Shown: positions 9,993-21,540, numbered from the stretch's first letter. The stretch is DNA of 64,000 bases from Candidatus Latescibacterota bacterium (GCA_965204375.1 OZ241986.1:3552001-3616000), one strand, 5' to 3'. Notes: a model not told the origin generated them from the sequence alone. Numbers and translations: made by a program.

Positions 9993-10892
9993 ATGGACAG
10001 CAATGGAACCATAACACCTTATATCATCGACAAAAATCTGGGCAGTCCCATGGACGACTACTCAGATGTATTGCCAAAGAAAAATGGCGACGGATTAGAC
10101 ATCATCGAACCGACCGCAGAGCAGAAATACCGGTTCGACAAAGACGGATGGTTATTGGTCCCAGGTGTATTGAGCGAACAGGACATCAAAGAAATGCGGG
10201 AATTTTGTATCCAGCTACATCTCGATCCCCAATCGCTCCCCGAACACGAGCGCACCCCGCTGGCAGGACCCACACAAAAATTGATAGACCATCCTCTGGT
10301 AGTCGGCATGATGAATGAATTCATGGCCAATCCCCGCTTATCAAGCCCCAATTGTTATGGATTCAGCCTGGCCGCCAATGGACTCTGGTATAGAACCGCA
10401 CCCACCCGGCGCAATGAAGGCAAAAGAGAAGCCCGTCAGTTTAGCCCACACAACGGCAATGGACTATATCGCCTGCCCGGCGACGCGCACTATTACAACG
10501 CCTTTCCCGGCAAAGCCAACAGCGCGCATACCCGCGTGATCTGGGAATTGAACCCCGTCAAACACAAACAGGGCGGCACACTCCTCGTAACGGGCAGCCA
10601 CAAAGCTGTGTACACTGCGCCCGACGAAATTCAAGACCCCGACTCCAGCATCTGGACGACCTATTCATGTCCGGCAGGCTCGGTCCTATTCTTTGCAGAA
10701 GCGACAACACACAGCGCGTATCCGTGGATCAACGAAGAAAACGATCGCATTGCCATTGCCAACCTCTACAACTTCGTGGATGGCGGTCACGCCGGACTAC
10801 TGCGACCAGATCCCCACATACTGAAATCCATGCCCCCAATTCGCCAGACCCTGTTCAGAGAGCGATATGCCGGTCAAAATGTCGTCAGGTGA
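9993..10892 (+). CDS. PhyH-like Fe(II)/2OG enzyme (HxG), tandem paralog of 9064-9975
   Basis: ATG at 9993 after AAGGAG; shares KNLGSPM, EQKY.FD..GW, FSPHNGNGL, VTGSHKA, SMPP.RQTLF with the upstream gene. Confidence 0.72.
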   Translation: MDSNGTITPYIIDKNLGSPMDDYSDVLPKKNGDGLDIIEPTAEQKYRFDKDGWLLVPGVLSEQDIKEMREFCIQLHLDPQSLPEHERTPLAGPTQKLIDHPLVVGMMNEFMANPRLSSPNCYGFSLAANGLWYRTAPTRRNEGKREARQFSPHNGNGLYRLPGDAHYYNAFPGKANSAHTRVIWELNPVKHKQGGTLLVTGSHKAVYTAPDEIQDPDSSIWTTYSCPAGSVLFFAEATTHSAYPWINEENDRIAIANLYNFVDGGHAGLLRPDPHILKSMPPIRQTLFRERYAGQNVVR

Positions 10893-10898
10893 GACCCC

Positions 10899-12287
10899 AT
10901 GGACCAGAACCGACCAAATATCCTGTTCATAATGACAGATGAGCAGCGTTTTGACCACCTGGGAAGTGTAAACTCCGCGGTAAAAACACCGCACCTGGAC
11001 GCCCTCGCCAATGACGGCGTTCTATTCAGCCGGGCATATACGCCCAATCCATCGTGCGTACCTGCGCGAGCGGGAATCTTCACCGGAAAATATCCACACC
11101 AGTGCGCGGCACCCACCTTTATCACCTATCTGCCAGCGCACGAAAAGACGTTCATGAGTTATTTACAAGAAGCGGGATATTATACCGCAGTAATAGGAAA
11201 ACAGCACTTTGGCGAATCGAAAATTAAACGGGGTTATAACCATGAAGACATTATAGACAGCCACAGCCCCGCGCCTCAGAATCCAAACCGCAACTCCTAT
11301 AATCAGTGGCTATGGAACTCCGGATTCAAGCACCGCAGCGAACTAATACAGGGAAATCCCGACATCAGAAGATATTCGGAATGGAAGGCAAACCCAAAAT
11401 ACCACGTCGATCACTACGTGGGCGACCGGGGCCGCGAATGGATCGAAAGCGGCATGCCCGAGGATCGCCCCTGGTTTTGCTGGATCTCATTTCCAGGTCC
11501 CCACGGACCAATCGACTGTGGCAATCTTCCCCAGGCCGACCTGTACGACCCGGCTGAAATTGACATGCCAGAAACAAATTTCGAAATGCTGGCACAAAAA
11601 CCTCCGCACAACTCATTGCGAGGCGGACCCGAGCGCCAACAGCCTTTTACAAAAAATGAAATCCGCAAACTGCGACACGCTTATTACGCAAACGTAACAC
11701 TCATAGATGAAAAAATTGGTGCAATCGTACAGGCATTAAAAAATAGCGGCACCTATGACAACACCCTCATATTCTTCACCAGCGACCACGGCGACTTCAT
11801 GGGCGACTTCCAGCTCATGGCCAAAGGTCAAAACATAATGGAAGTACTCATGCGCATCCCCTTTATAATCAAGCCCCCAAAAGGTGGCGCACGCGGAAAA
11901 GTGGAATCATCTCTCATCTCCGCAATCGATATTGCAGCCACCAGTTTAACCGTTGCTGGCGCAGAAGTACCCGAACACATGGCCTCACGCGACCTGTCGC
12001 ATTACTGGTCCCATGCAGAAGACCTGGACGACCGGGATGAGTTATACATGGAAGCATCGGGCATTCGGTGTTTGCGCACCCGGCGCTGGAAAATAGGGCA
12101 TTATTGGAACAAACCCTATGGCGAACTCTACGACCTGAAAAACGACCCGTGGGAAAAAGAAAACCTGTGGGACCGCCAGGACATAGCAGAGTTAAAATCC
12201 AAACTACAAAAACGCTTGCTGGATAAACTGATCGAATTGAGCCAGCGGTCTTATATCGCGTGGAATCACGGCGCACCTGAATTATGA
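10899..12287 (+). CDS. Sulfatase
   Basis: RPNILFIMTDEQR, CVPARAGIFTG, GKQH, SDHGD. Confidence 0.9.
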   Translation: MDQNRPNILFIMTDEQRFDHLGSVNSAVKTPHLDALANDGVLFSRAYTPNPSCVPARAGIFTGKYPHQCAAPTFITYLPAHEKTFMSYLQEAGYYTAVIGKQHFGESKIKRGYNHEDIIDSHSPAPQNPNRNSYNQWLWNSGFKHRSELIQGNPDIRRYSEWKANPKYHVDHYVGDRGREWIESGMPEDRPWFCWISFPGPHGPIDCGNLPQADLYDPAEIDMPETNFEMLAQKPPHNSLRGGPERQQPFTKNEIRKLRHAYYANVTLIDEKIGAIVQALKNSGTYDNTLIFFTSDHGDFMGDFQLMAKGQNIMEVLMRIPFIIKPPKGGARGKVESSLISAIDIAATSLTVAGAEVPEHMASRDLSHYWSHAEDLDDRDELYMEASGIRCLRTRRWKIGHYWNKPYGELYDLKNDPWEKENLWDRQDIAELKSKLQKRLLDKLIELSQRSYIAWNHGAPEL

Positions 12288-13318
12288 GGGATCACGGAAT
12301 GAACGGATATCGGATTGGAATTGTAGGATGTGGTGGAATAGCGCATCGGCACATTGCGGGATATCGGGAAGTCGCGCACGACCTGGGAGAAGTCGTCGCA
12401 GGATGTGATATAGACAAAGAGCAACTGAATGGATATTGCGACCAATACGACATACCCAACCGCTTTACAAATGCGGCAGACATGATCGCATCGGGAGAAG
12501 TCGATGTCATCAGCCTGTTAACACCCCCTGCCGTGCGCCATGACGTAATCTTCCCCGCAATTGAAAAAGGCATCCATCTCCTCGTCGAAAAACCATTTGG
12601 CGAAACATTGTGCGATGCGGTATCCTTTGTCGAAGCCGCGGAAAAAGCAGGCGTAACCCTGGCAGTAAACCACCAATTGGGATTCATGGAAGACGTCGTC
12701 GCAATGCGCGACATCATCAATTCGGGTGATATTGGCGACATACGTTATATATCGCACGACGAATTAAAAAACCGGACGCGAGTACGCGGGTGGCGAAGCC
12801 AGGAGCAGCGCCTGGAAATCAGTATCTTTAGCATCCACCTCATCGACCGCATCCGCACATTGGCGGGTAGCCCTCCCCAAAGCGTATCAGCCGTAACGCG
12901 CCATTGGAATCCAGACGTCAAAGGCGAAACCTTTACCAGCTTGACAGTACAATTTGAAAATGGCATCGTCGGCACCATGGTATCCAACTGGCATGGCTTA
13001 ACCCTATCGGAATGTCGATTGCGCGTAGATGCCACAAGAGGATCGATCCTATCCGTCAAAAAAGTCGTACTTGACGACACAGCCACATTGCACATCCATC
13101 CTCTGAATGCAAAAAAGGAAACACGCGAATTTCACCGCGAAGGGGCATTCACACACGCAATGGGTGAAAGTATGAACCACCTGATGGACTCGGCGCGGCG
13201 CGGCACAGAACCCATGCACAGTGGGCGAGGAAATTTATACACCATGCAAATTGTCGATGCGGCCTATCTATCGGCACAACGCGGCGGACAAATGGTAGAA
13301 GTGGAAGAAATAAAATAA
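12284..13318 (+). CDS. Gfo/Idh/MocA family oxidoreductase
   Basis: IGIVGCGGIA..H, LLVEKP, SIHLID. Confidence 0.88.
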   Translation: MRDHGMNGYRIGIVGCGGIAHRHIAGYREVAHDLGEVVAGCDIDKEQLNGYCDQYDIPNRFTNAADMIASGEVDVISLLTPPAVRHDVIFPAIEKGIHLLVEKPFGETLCDAVSFVEAAEKAGVTLAVNHQLGFMEDVVAMRDIINSGDIGDIRYISHDELKNRTRVRGWRSQEQRLEISIFSIHLIDRIRTLAGSPPQSVSAVTRHWNPDVKGETFTSLTVQFENGIVGTMVSNWHGLTLSECRLRVDATRGSILSVKKVVLDDTATLHIHPLNAKKETREFHREGAFTHAMGESMNHLMDSARRGTEPMHSGRGNLYTMQIVDAAYLSAQRGGQMVEVEEIK

Positions 13319-13334
13319 TACTGGAGGAACAGCA

Positions 13335-14135
13335 ATGACCGCAGATTGTCCCACAACCCCTGAAGATATCGCGCAATATCAAAAAAAGGGATTCATCAGC
13401 TATCCCAATTTCTTCTCTCCAGAAGACCTCCGGGAACTGGCAGACGCGCTCGACCACGCCGTAGCAATCAACCGCGCCAGAATCAAAGGCGCAGAAAACG
13501 CGGGACGAGGCAGACCCGAATACGAACTCGTATTTAATCAAATGGTCAACCTCTGGACCGACTATGCAGGCGCGCGAAAAATTGCCCTGAACAAACGCCT
13601 CGCAGAATCCGCTCGCCGACTATCACAAGCCAAACAAATCCGCATCTATCACGACCATGCACTCATAAAACCACCCGGCGTCAAAAGCCGGGAAACCAAC
13701 TGGCACCAGGACTTTCCGTACTGGTCTGGCATGGATCGCCCGGGCGCACTCTCTGCCTGGATCGCAATCGATGATGTCTATGTCGAAAATGGCTGCATGC
13801 ACTTCGTCCCCGGAAGCCACAAATTCGGCAAACAAGAAGGCATAAGCCTGACCACTCAGGGCGAAAGCATCGTCGAAAAAATGAAAGAACGCGGACACAA
13901 AGTCGCCGAACCGGAAACCATAGAACTGCCAGCCGGCGGCGTCACCTTCCACCATGGATGCAACTTCCACTATGCAGGACCCAACCTCAGCGACAAACCC
14001 CGCCGCGCATTCGCCATCATCTACATCCCCGACTACGTCCTCTTCACCGGCAAAAACGACGCAGCGGGCGCGCAAGACGAAATGGAAATCGGCAAACCCT
14101 GGGATCACCCCCTGCATCCCGTAATCGCAGAATAA
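13335..14135 (+). CDS. PhyH-family dioxygenase
   Basis: WHQD, ENGCMHFVPGSH, FHH...HYAGPN.S..PRRA. Confidence 0.9.
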   Translation: MTADCPTTPEDIAQYQKKGFISYPNFFSPEDLRELADALDHAVAINRARIKGAENAGRGRPEYELVFNQMVNLWTDYAGARKIALNKRLAESARRLSQAKQIRIYHDHALIKPPGVKSRETNWHQDFPYWSGMDRPGALSAWIAIDDVYVENGCMHFVPGSHKFGKQEGISLTTQGESIVEKMKERGHKVAEPETIELPAGGVTFHHGCNFHYAGPNLSDKPRRAFAIIYIPDYVLFTGKNDAAGAQDEMEIGKPWDHPLHPVIAE

Positions 14136-14147
14136 AGGAGGCCAAAA

Positions 14148-15098
14148 ATGTTGACCCCTGAACAATGCGAATCATACCAGCGCAACGGCTATCTCTTAGT
14201 CCCCAATCTCTTCTCAAAAGAGCAATTGGCACCCGCGCTCGAAGTCACAGAACAAAATGCTTACGGCAAATCTCACGAAGCATTCAACGCCGAAATAGAC
14301 GCCCATCCCGAAATTGCAGAAACACTCATCAGACCAAAAGGCCGCCGCAGCTTTGGCGGACCCCGCGCGCAATTTCACGACATCCCAACGGGTATTGACG
14401 CCATTGATCAGACCCTTGAACACGAACCTTTTTTAGACGCCCTATCCCAACTCTTAGACACACCCGACATGCACTACCACCACGGCTTTGTCTATGCCCG
14501 TAGCGGACGCTTAGACCGGGGAACCCCTAAAGAACCCTGGCAGGGCTTCCACATCGACTGGGCAAAACCTCTGCTCCCCCCGCACCCGGAATGGCAACGC
14601 TACGGCCACATTCAAGCCTGGGTTTATTTAACCGACAACGACGCAGACTGCGCCCCGGTCCGCGTATTGCCCGGCGCACACAGCAAAATGAACAAACTCA
14701 TCCGCGACCCAATAGGCACAGAACACGCATCTTATCGCTTTGACGACATCCGCGAACTCCCTTACAAATTCGAACCCGTCACCGCCACCGGAAAAACCGG
14801 AACCGTACTCTTTTACAGCTCACACATGCCCCATTCAGCCCAGGCATTCACCAACCCCAGAAAACAACGCGCAGTCCTCTTCTACGCCGTGGGCCGCAGA
14901 GACACCAGCACCTGGACACTCACGGAAAAACGAGACATACAAGAACGCGGACGCCTGCGCCCCTTCCTGACAAAAACCACCGCAAGAGTCCGCAGCCTCT
15001 TTGGCTGGCCCAATCCCGGTGACGACTTCTACACGCCAGAAACGCTTCACCTTATCAAAAACGCCTACCCAGAAATGGACCTCAGTCCATACTATTAA
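14148..15098 (+). CDS. PhyH-family dioxygenase
   Basis: LTPEQCESYQRNGY, FHID, VLPGAH, GTVLFY...PHS. Confidence 0.8.
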   Translation: MLTPEQCESYQRNGYLLVPNLFSKEQLAPALEVTEQNAYGKSHEAFNAEIDAHPEIAETLIRPKGRRSFGGPRAQFHDIPTGIDAIDQTLEHEPFLDALSQLLDTPDMHYHHGFVYARSGRLDRGTPKEPWQGFHIDWAKPLLPPHPEWQRYGHIQAWVYLTDNDADCAPVRVLPGAHSKMNKLIRDPIGTEHASYRFDDIRELPYKFEPVTATGKTGTVLFYSSHMPHSAQAFTNPRKQRAVLFYAVGRRDTSTWTLTEKRDIQERGRLRPFLTKTTARVRSLFGWPNPGDDFYTPETLHLIKNAYPEMDLSPYY

Positions 15099-15110
15099 GG
15101 AACATCGCAC

Positions 15111-16853
15111 ATGACAGAACGCCCCAATGTAATCCTGATCTTAACCGACGATCAGGGATATGGGGATCTAAGCTGCACGGGCAATCCCGTATTAAAAACA
15201 CCACATCTGGACCAATTATACGACCAGAGCGTGCGCTTGACCGACTACCACGTAGATGCCATGTGTTCTCCCACAAGAGCCGCGCTCATGACTGGACGAT
15301 ATGCTACGCGCACCGGCGTATGGAGCACCTTGCGGGGCCGATATATCATGCGCCGGGACGAAATCACCATCGCCGACGCATTTGCGGACTCGGGCTATCG
15401 CACCGGCATCTTTGGCAAATGGCATCTGGGCGACAACTATCCCTATCGCCCTTTTGACCGGGGATTTCGAGAATCCCTGAGCTTTGGCGGCGGCGTAGTA
15501 GGAGAAATCCCAGACCACTGGGACAACGACAACTTCACCGCCACATATCTCCGAAACGGCGCACCCGAACAACACGCCTGCTATTGCACAGACGTATGGT
15601 TCAACGAAGCCATGCAATTTATGGAGGCGGATGAAACCCCATTCTTCTGCTACATCTCCACCAACGCCCCCCATGGCCCATTCAACGTACACGAAAAATA
15701 CAGCGCACCTTATTTGAAACAGGGCATACCGAAACAGCGCGCGCGATTCTACGGCATGATCGCAAACATCGACGAAAACATCGGACGCCTCCGCCAGTGG
15801 CTCTCAGACAATAACCTGACAGAAAACACCATACTGATCTTCATGGGAGACAACGGCACATCCATGGGAACGGGAATAACCGCGGATGGATATCCAACAG
15901 ATGGATATAACGCGGGCATGCGCGGCAAAAAAACGTGGGTCTATGACGGCGGCCATCGCAACGCGTGTTTCATACACTGGCCCGCCGGAAAACTGACAGG
16001 CGGACGCGATATCGATCACCTGACCGCACACATCGACATCATGCCCACATTGATCGACCTCTGCGAACTTGAACCACCGGACGCAAAACTCGACGGCACC
16101 AGCCTCACACCTCTATTAAACAACACTTCTAACAACTGGCCCACACGCACCCTATTCGTACACCAGCAACAAATTGATCACCCGAAAAAATACAAAGACT
16201 TCGCCGCCATGACCGACCGCTGGCGACTCGTACACACGGGAACGTGGCGCGACCCACAATATGAACTATACGACCACAAACGCGACCCTGAGCAAAAATA
16301 CGACATAGCAGAGCACCATCCCGATATCGTACAAACACTGCGCGAAGCGTATGAAAATTGGTGGATTGACATCTCCCGGCGATTTGGCGAATACAGCGAA
16401 ATCGCAATCGGATCTCACCATGAAAATCCCACAACACTAACCGCACACAGTTGGCACGGAAAAGAAGGCATATACAGCCAGCGACATGTGCGCCAAAAAG
16501 AGCGAGACAACGGATTCTGGGCCATCGACATCGAACAAGACGGAGAATACGAATTTGAACTCCGCCGCTGGCCCATTGAAATCGACACACCGGTCTGCGC
16601 CGCACTACCGGGCAGAACCGGCGTACCTTATGTAGATGATCTACTACCGGGAGAAGCACTCACCATCAAAACGGCAAAATTGCAAGTAGGCGATATCGTC
16701 CAACAAAAAGCAGTTGGCGAAGAAGACAAATACATCGCCTTTCATCTATCACTCAAAAAAGGCTCAACCCACGTACAAACCTATTTTGACGATGGCATTG
16801 ACGAGCCACCTGGTGCCTACTATGTTTATATAAAGAGAATCAGTCCCGCTTAG
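15111..16853 (+). CDS. Arylsulfatase
   Basis: [39 protein letters not shown]...YDGGHR. Confidence 0.93.
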   Translation: MTERPNVILILTDDQGYGDLSCTGNPVLKTPHLDQLYDQSVRLTDYHVDAMCSPTRAALMTGRYATRTGVWSTLRGRYIMRRDEITIADAFADSGYRTGIFGKWHLGDNYPYRPFDRGFRESLSFGGGVVGEIPDHWDNDNFTATYLRNGAPEQHACYCTDVWFNEAMQFMEADETPFFCYISTNAPHGPFNVHEKYSAPYLKQGIPKQRARFYGMIANIDENIGRLRQWLSDNNLTENTILIFMGDNGTSMGTGITADGYPTDGYNAGMRGKKTWVYDGGHRNACFIHWPAGKLTGGRDIDHLTAHIDIMPTLIDLCELEPPDAKLDGTSLTPLLNNTSNNWPTRTLFVHQQQIDHPKKYKDFAAMTDRWRLVHTGTWRDPQYELYDHKRDPEQKYDIAEHHPDIVQTLREAYENWWIDISRRFGEYSEIAIGSHHENPTTLTAHSWHGKEGIYSQRHVRQKERDNGFWAIDIEQDGEYEFELRRWPIEIDTPVCAALPGRTGVPYVDDLLPGEALTIKTAKLQVGDIVQQKAVGEEDKYIAFHLSLKKGSTHVQTYFDDGIDEPPGAYYVYIKRISPA

Positions 16854-16914
16854 CCACCTGGGACTACACAATCACATTTCGTTTTCGAGGTATATATCGA
16901 GAAAGGAGATCATA

Positions 16915-17172
16915 ATGCAGACCAGACTCACATTGCAGATGGATGATAAATTGGTTGCACTGGCCAAAACACATGCAAAGAAACGCGGAAAGTCGGTTTC
17001 AAAGCTCGTTGCAGACTATATCAAATTTTTGGATAGCCTGGAAAAGAGCAAACAGGAGCCGCCATCGAAAAAAAAATACGGGCCGATCACAGAATCTTTG
17101 AAGGGTGCATTGAAAGATGCAAAAGTAGATGAAGAGGACTATTATCGCTATCTTGAGGAAAAATATCGATGA
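16915..17172 (+). CDS. Antitoxin (DUF6364/RHH-like)
   Basis: TRLTL..D..LV..AK..AKKRGKSVSKLV...YYRYLEEKY; overlaps the PIN gene. Confidence 0.8.
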   Translation: MQTRLTLQMDDKLVALAKTHAKKRGKSVSKLVADYIKFLDSLEKSKQEPPSKKKYGPITESLKGALKDAKVDEEDYYRYLEEKYR

Positions 17173-17615
17173 TTGTCCTTTTTGATACAGATGTGGTTTT
17201 GGATGTTTTGCTAGATCGCACACCTTTCGTCGAAGCTGCGCTACTTTTGTTTGATCACGCAGAACAAAAAGCGATTCATGGATATCTTTGTGCAACGACG
17301 ATAACGAATATTTATTATATCGCAAGGCCCAGAGTTGGCAAAGCTGTTGCTCTGAATCGCATCCGAGAATTGCTCGATATTTTTGAGATTGCATTGGTCA
17401 ACCGTTCTGTGTTGTCAATGGCTGTTGACGGCAGCTTTTCAGACTTTGAAGATGGTGTTTTATATGAATCTGCTCGCCGTGTTGGTGCTGAGTTTATTGT
17501 CACGCGCAATGCATCTGATTTTGAAAAATCCGAGATACCTGTTTATTCTCCAGATGATTTGAATGCATTAATAGATTTGCGCGACGCAGAAGAAGTGGAT
17601 ACAGGAGGAATTTAG
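17169..17615 (+). CDS. PIN-domain (VapC-like) toxin
   Basis: LFDTDVVLD, DFEDG, IVTRN..DF. Confidence 0.85.
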   Translation: MIVLFDTDVVLDVLLDRTPFVEAALLLFDHAEQKAIHGYLCATTITNIYYIARPRVGKAVALNRIRELLDIFEIALVNRSVLSMAVDGSFSDFEDGVLYESARRVGAEFIVTRNASDFEKSEIPVYSPDDLNALIDLRDAEEVDTGGI

Positions 17616-17617
17616 AA

Positions 17618-18883
17618 ATGGCATCACGCGTAACGGGTGTCCCCCGCCCCGTAGGTATATCTGTTTACGACCCCGAGCGTAGCTGGAATGGCTATACGGT
17701 CTATGCTGGCGGTGAGATAATTGACATGAACGGCAACCTCGTAAAGCATTTTGAACTGTCACAACTGGGCAAAATAATGCCTGGCGGGCATATTCTCGGT
17801 GATCGGCGTTACAACGGTCCTCGTATGGAACGGGGGCGCGAACTCGTTCAGTTGGATTGGGATGGGAATGAAGTCTGGCACTATAATAAAACTGAGCAAA
17901 TCGAGATTGATAAGAAAAAAATCTGGTCCGCCAAGCAACACCACGATTTTGAGCGCGAAGGCAGTCCAACCGGGTATTATGCGCCGGGTTTAGATCCCAT
18001 TATAGAAGGCGGAAATACAATAGTGCTCGCAGCAAAAGAAGTCGAAAGGCCACATATCGCACCTGGGGTGCTGCATGGCGATTGTATTTTGGAAGTAAAT
18101 TGGGACGGTGACATCGTGTGGGAATGGCAAAGTGTGGATCACTTTGATGAAATGGACTTTAGCGAAGAAGCAAAAAATGCGATTTACCGGGGTGGGCGTG
18201 TCGGAGCAGATCCTTATGACTGGGTACACTCCAACAGTGTATCCTATTTGGGCCCAAACAAATGGTATGATGCTGGCGATGAGCGCTTTCATCCAAATAA
18301 TTTTATTTGGGATGGCCGACATACCAACACAATCGCAGTAATCAGCAAAGAAACGGGTGAAATCGCGTGGAAAGTCGGGCCGGATTATTCACTGACATCC
18401 AAACTGCGGGCATTGGGCTGGATTATTGGACTGCATCACGCACATATGATACCAAAAGGCTTGCCCGGTGAAGGCAATATCCTGGTATTTGATAATGGCG
18501 GTGCTGCTGGATATGGCGCACCGAATCCGGGTGCTCCCAACGGACGGATGAACGCGGTACGAGATTATTCTCGTGTGGTAGAATTCGATCCAATAACACT
18601 GGAGCTCGTATGGGAGTATTCCGCGCTCAAGGCGGATGGCGACCGGATCCGCGCCTACCGTTTTTACAGCCGTCCGTGGAGTTCTGCACAGCGCTTGCCC
18701 AATGGCAATACACTGATTTGCGAAGGAGCAGGTGGTCGGCTTTTTGAAGTCACTCCCGAACTTGAAATAGTCTGGGAATTTATCAGCCCTCGCGAAACGT
18801 GTTATCGCGCTTATCGCGTCCCTTATGAGTGGATCCCGCAACTGGACAAACCAGAAGAAAAAGCTATCGCCGTCAAAAAATAA
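17618..18883 (+). CDS. Aryl-sulfate sulfotransferase (ASST family)
   Basis: QHHDF, DWVHSNS, HHAHMI, LVFDNG, SRVVE, SSAQRLPNGNTLI. Confidence 0.85.
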   Translation: MASRVTGVPRPVGISVYDPERSWNGYTVYAGGEIIDMNGNLVKHFELSQLGKIMPGGHILGDRRYNGPRMERGRELVQLDWDGNEVWHYNKTEQIEIDKKKIWSAKQHHDFEREGSPTGYYAPGLDPIIEGGNTIVLAAKEVERPHIAPGVLHGDCILEVNWDGDIVWEWQSVDHFDEMDFSEEAKNAIYRGGRVGADPYDWVHSNSVSYLGPNKWYDAGDERFHPNNFIWDGRHTNTIAVISKETGEIAWKVGPDYSLTSKLRALGWIIGLHHAHMIPKGLPGEGNILVFDNGGAAGYGAPNPGAPNGRMNAVRDYSRVVEFDPITLELVWEYSALKADGDRIRAYRFYSRPWSSAQRLPNGNTLICEGAGGRLFEVTPELEIVWEFISPRETCYRAYRVPYEWIPQLDKPEEKAIAVKK

Positions 18884-18893
18884 AGGAGCACAA

Positions 18894-20033
18894 ATGAAAA
18901 TCACCGATCTACACGTCATGCGTATGGGCACACCGGGAAAGGGTGGGGGGACAAACTGGACATTTGTAAAAATCGAAACCGACGCCGGCATATACGGACT
19001 GGGCGAAGCCAGTCTGCAATACAAAGACGAAGGACTAATAGCGGAATTCGGAGCATTCAAACGATTCCTAATCGGCAAAGACCCCTTTGAAATCGAGCGA
19101 CTATGGACCTCGCTATATCGGCGCGTCACCTGGTCTGGCGGACCCGTAACCACCAGTGCCATCAGCGCCATTGACCTCGCGCTATGGGACATCAAAGGAA
19201 AAGCACTCGGCGTACCCGTATATGAACTGCTCGGCGGCAAATCTCACGATAAAATACGCATGTACGCCAACGGCTGGCCCAGCAAAGGAAACACACCCGA
19301 AAGCATTGCCGAAGGCGTAAAACAGGTCGTAGATCAGGGCTATACAGCCTTAAAATTCTATCCCTTTGGCGGCGAACAAGTCGCAAAAATCGACCGAATA
19401 GAACACGGCGTCGCACTCGTAGAAGCCGCGCGAGAAACCGCCGGACCGCAAGTCGAAATCGGCATTGACATCCGCACGCGGTTAAACATCTGGAGCGCGC
19501 GCCGGGTCGCACAAGCACTCGAACCATACAACATCGCCTGGATGGAAGAACCCATCTTATGGGACAACCCCGAAGCCCTCGCGCAATTTGCCCACGAAGT
19601 GCGCGTACCCATTGCAACCGGCGAACAACTGTACACCCGCTGGGGATTCCGCTCACTATTAGAACTGAACGCCGTAGGCATCATCCAGCCGGACATCTGC
19701 CACGCGGGCGGCATCACCGAACTAAAAAAAATAGCGGCAATGGCCGAAACCTATTACGTAACCGTCGCACCGCACAACTCCAACGGCCCGATCTCCACCA
19801 TCGCCAGCCTGCATCTGGACCTCTGCATACACAACAGCCTGATGCAGGAAATATTCCTATCGTCCATCGGCCACTACAACGAAGTCCTCACACAGCCTAT
19901 CGAAGTAATCGACGGCTATTGTGTCCCACCCGAAGGGCCCGGCTGGGGCGTAGATTTGAAAGCAGATGTCCTGGCAAAATATCCGCCAAAACCATTTACC
20001 CCCATTGAATCAGAGCCTTATGTAGAATTTTGA
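18894..20033 (+). CDS. Mandelate racemase/muconate lactonizing family, galactonate dehydratase-like
   Basis: ATG at 18894 after AAGGAG; SAIDLALWDIKGK, WMEEP, ATGE, QPD, APHN. Confidence 0.85.
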   Translation: MKITDLHVMRMGTPGKGGGTNWTFVKIETDAGIYGLGEASLQYKDEGLIAEFGAFKRFLIGKDPFEIERLWTSLYRRVTWSGGPVTTSAISAIDLALWDIKGKALGVPVYELLGGKSHDKIRMYANGWPSKGNTPESIAEGVKQVVDQGYTALKFYPFGGEQVAKIDRIEHGVALVEAARETAGPQVEIGIDIRTRLNIWSARRVAQALEPYNIAWMEEPILWDNPEALAQFAHEVRVPIATGEQLYTRWGFRSLLELNAVGIIQPDICHAGGITELKKIAAMAETYYVTVAPHNSNGPISTIASLHLDLCIHNSLMQEIFLSSIGHYNEVLTQPIEVIDGYCVPPEGPGWGVDLKADVLAKYPPKPFTPIESEPYVEF

Positions 20034-20058
20034 TAATTCTATCTTTACAGGAGAAACC

Positions 20059-21468
20059 ATGGCAATACAACTACCCGAAGGCCCTTTTGAACCGAACTGG
20101 GATTCACTCTCAAATTATCGCGTTCCCGACTGGTATCAGAACGACAAATTTGGCATCTTCATTCACTGGGGCGTGTATTCAGTACCCGCTTATGGAAGCG
20201 AATGGTACCCCCGCAACATGTATCAACAAGGCTCCAAAGAATTCGCGCATCATGTAGCGACCCATGGCGAACACAGCAAATTTGGATACAAAGACTTCAT
20301 CCCCATGTTCAAAGCGGAAAAATACGATCCCGACCACTGGGCCGACTTATTCCGCAGAGCCGGCGCCCGCTTTGTCGTCCCCGTAGCCGAGCATCACGAT
20401 GGATTTGCCATGTACGACACCGACCTGTCGGACTGGTGCGCGGGCAAAATGGGACCCAAACGCGATCTCATTGGCGAACTCGCCGAAGCCGTACGCAAAC
20501 AATGGCTGATATTTGGATTATCGACGCACCGCGCAGAACACTGGTGGTTCATGGATGGCGGGATGCAATTTGACTCCGATGTGCAAGACGGACAATACGC
20601 GGGCTTATACGGACCCGCGCAACCGAGGGACAGCCAGCCCAACGAAGAATTCTTAGACGACTGGCTCGCACGCACCTGCGAACTTGTCGATAAATACCAC
20701 CCGCAAATCGTGTGGTTTGATTGGTGGATACAAGAACCCGCTTTCGCGTCTTACGTACAGCGTTTTGCAGCCTACTATTACAACCGCGGCGCCGAATGGG
20801 ATCGCGGTGTAGCGATCAATTACAAACACGATACCTTTCCCCCAGAGGTCGCAGTTTACGACATTGAACGCGGGCAATTAGACGACATCAACCCGCACTT
20901 CTGGCAAACCGACACCTGCGTAGCGAGAAAATCCTGGGGATATATCGAAGAAGAACGGGGATACAAAAGCGCCTCGCAATTAATCGGCGACCTGGTAGAT
21001 ATCGTGAGCAAAAACGGCGCACTCTTGCTCAACGTAGGCCCCCGCGCCGATGGCACAATCCCCGAAGAAGAAGAGGCACTGCTACTCGCAATCGGCAAAT
21101 GGCTCACCGTGAACGGCGAAGCGATCTACGACTCGCGCCCCTGGAAAGTATTTGGCGAAGGCCCCACAGAAGTCGCAACAGGTTCATTCACCGATACAAA
21201 GCGGCAGATGTTTACCGAACGCGACATCCGCTTCACCACGCGAGGGGACATCCTCTACGCAACCGTATTGGCAATACCCGAAAAAGATGAAGTAACGATC
21301 CAATCGCTCGGTTCCTCCCTGCGTCTGCTAACCAAACCAATCGACAAAGTCGAACTATTGGGAGCAGGCACATTGAAGTGGTCGCAAACAATGCGCGGAC
21401 TAAAAGTCCAATTGCCCGCAGAAAAACCATGCGAACACGCGCTCGTCTTAAAAATCACGCCAAAATAA
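20059..21468 (+). CDS. Alpha-L-fucosidase (GH29)
   Basis: PDWY..DKFGIFIHWG, AEHHDGF, VWFDW, DIVSKNG.LLLNVGP. Confidence 0.92.
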   Translation: MAIQLPEGPFEPNWDSLSNYRVPDWYQNDKFGIFIHWGVYSVPAYGSEWYPRNMYQQGSKEFAHHVATHGEHSKFGYKDFIPMFKAEKYDPDHWADLFRRAGARFVVPVAEHHDGFAMYDTDLSDWCAGKMGPKRDLIGELAEAVRKQWLIFGLSTHRAEHWWFMDGGMQFDSDVQDGQYAGLYGPAQPRDSQPNEEFLDDWLARTCELVDKYHPQIVWFDWWIQEPAFASYVQRFAAYYYNRGAEWDRGVAINYKHDTFPPEVAVYDIERGQLDDINPHFWQTDTCVARKSWGYIEEERGYKSASQLIGDLVDIVSKNGALLLNVGPRADGTIPEEEEALLLAIGKWLTVNGEAIYDSRPWKVFGEGPTEVATGSFTDTKRQMFTERDIRFTTRGDILYATVLAIPEKDEVTIQSLGSSLRLLTKPIDKVELLGAGTLKWSQTMRGLKVQLPAEKPCEHALVLKITPK

Positions 21469-21540
21469 GCGTGCCCTGTGCCCGCCCGTTAGCGGAACCG
21501 GCGTTCAAGTGCCGCTTTTACAAAAAAGGAAACCTGCGTC

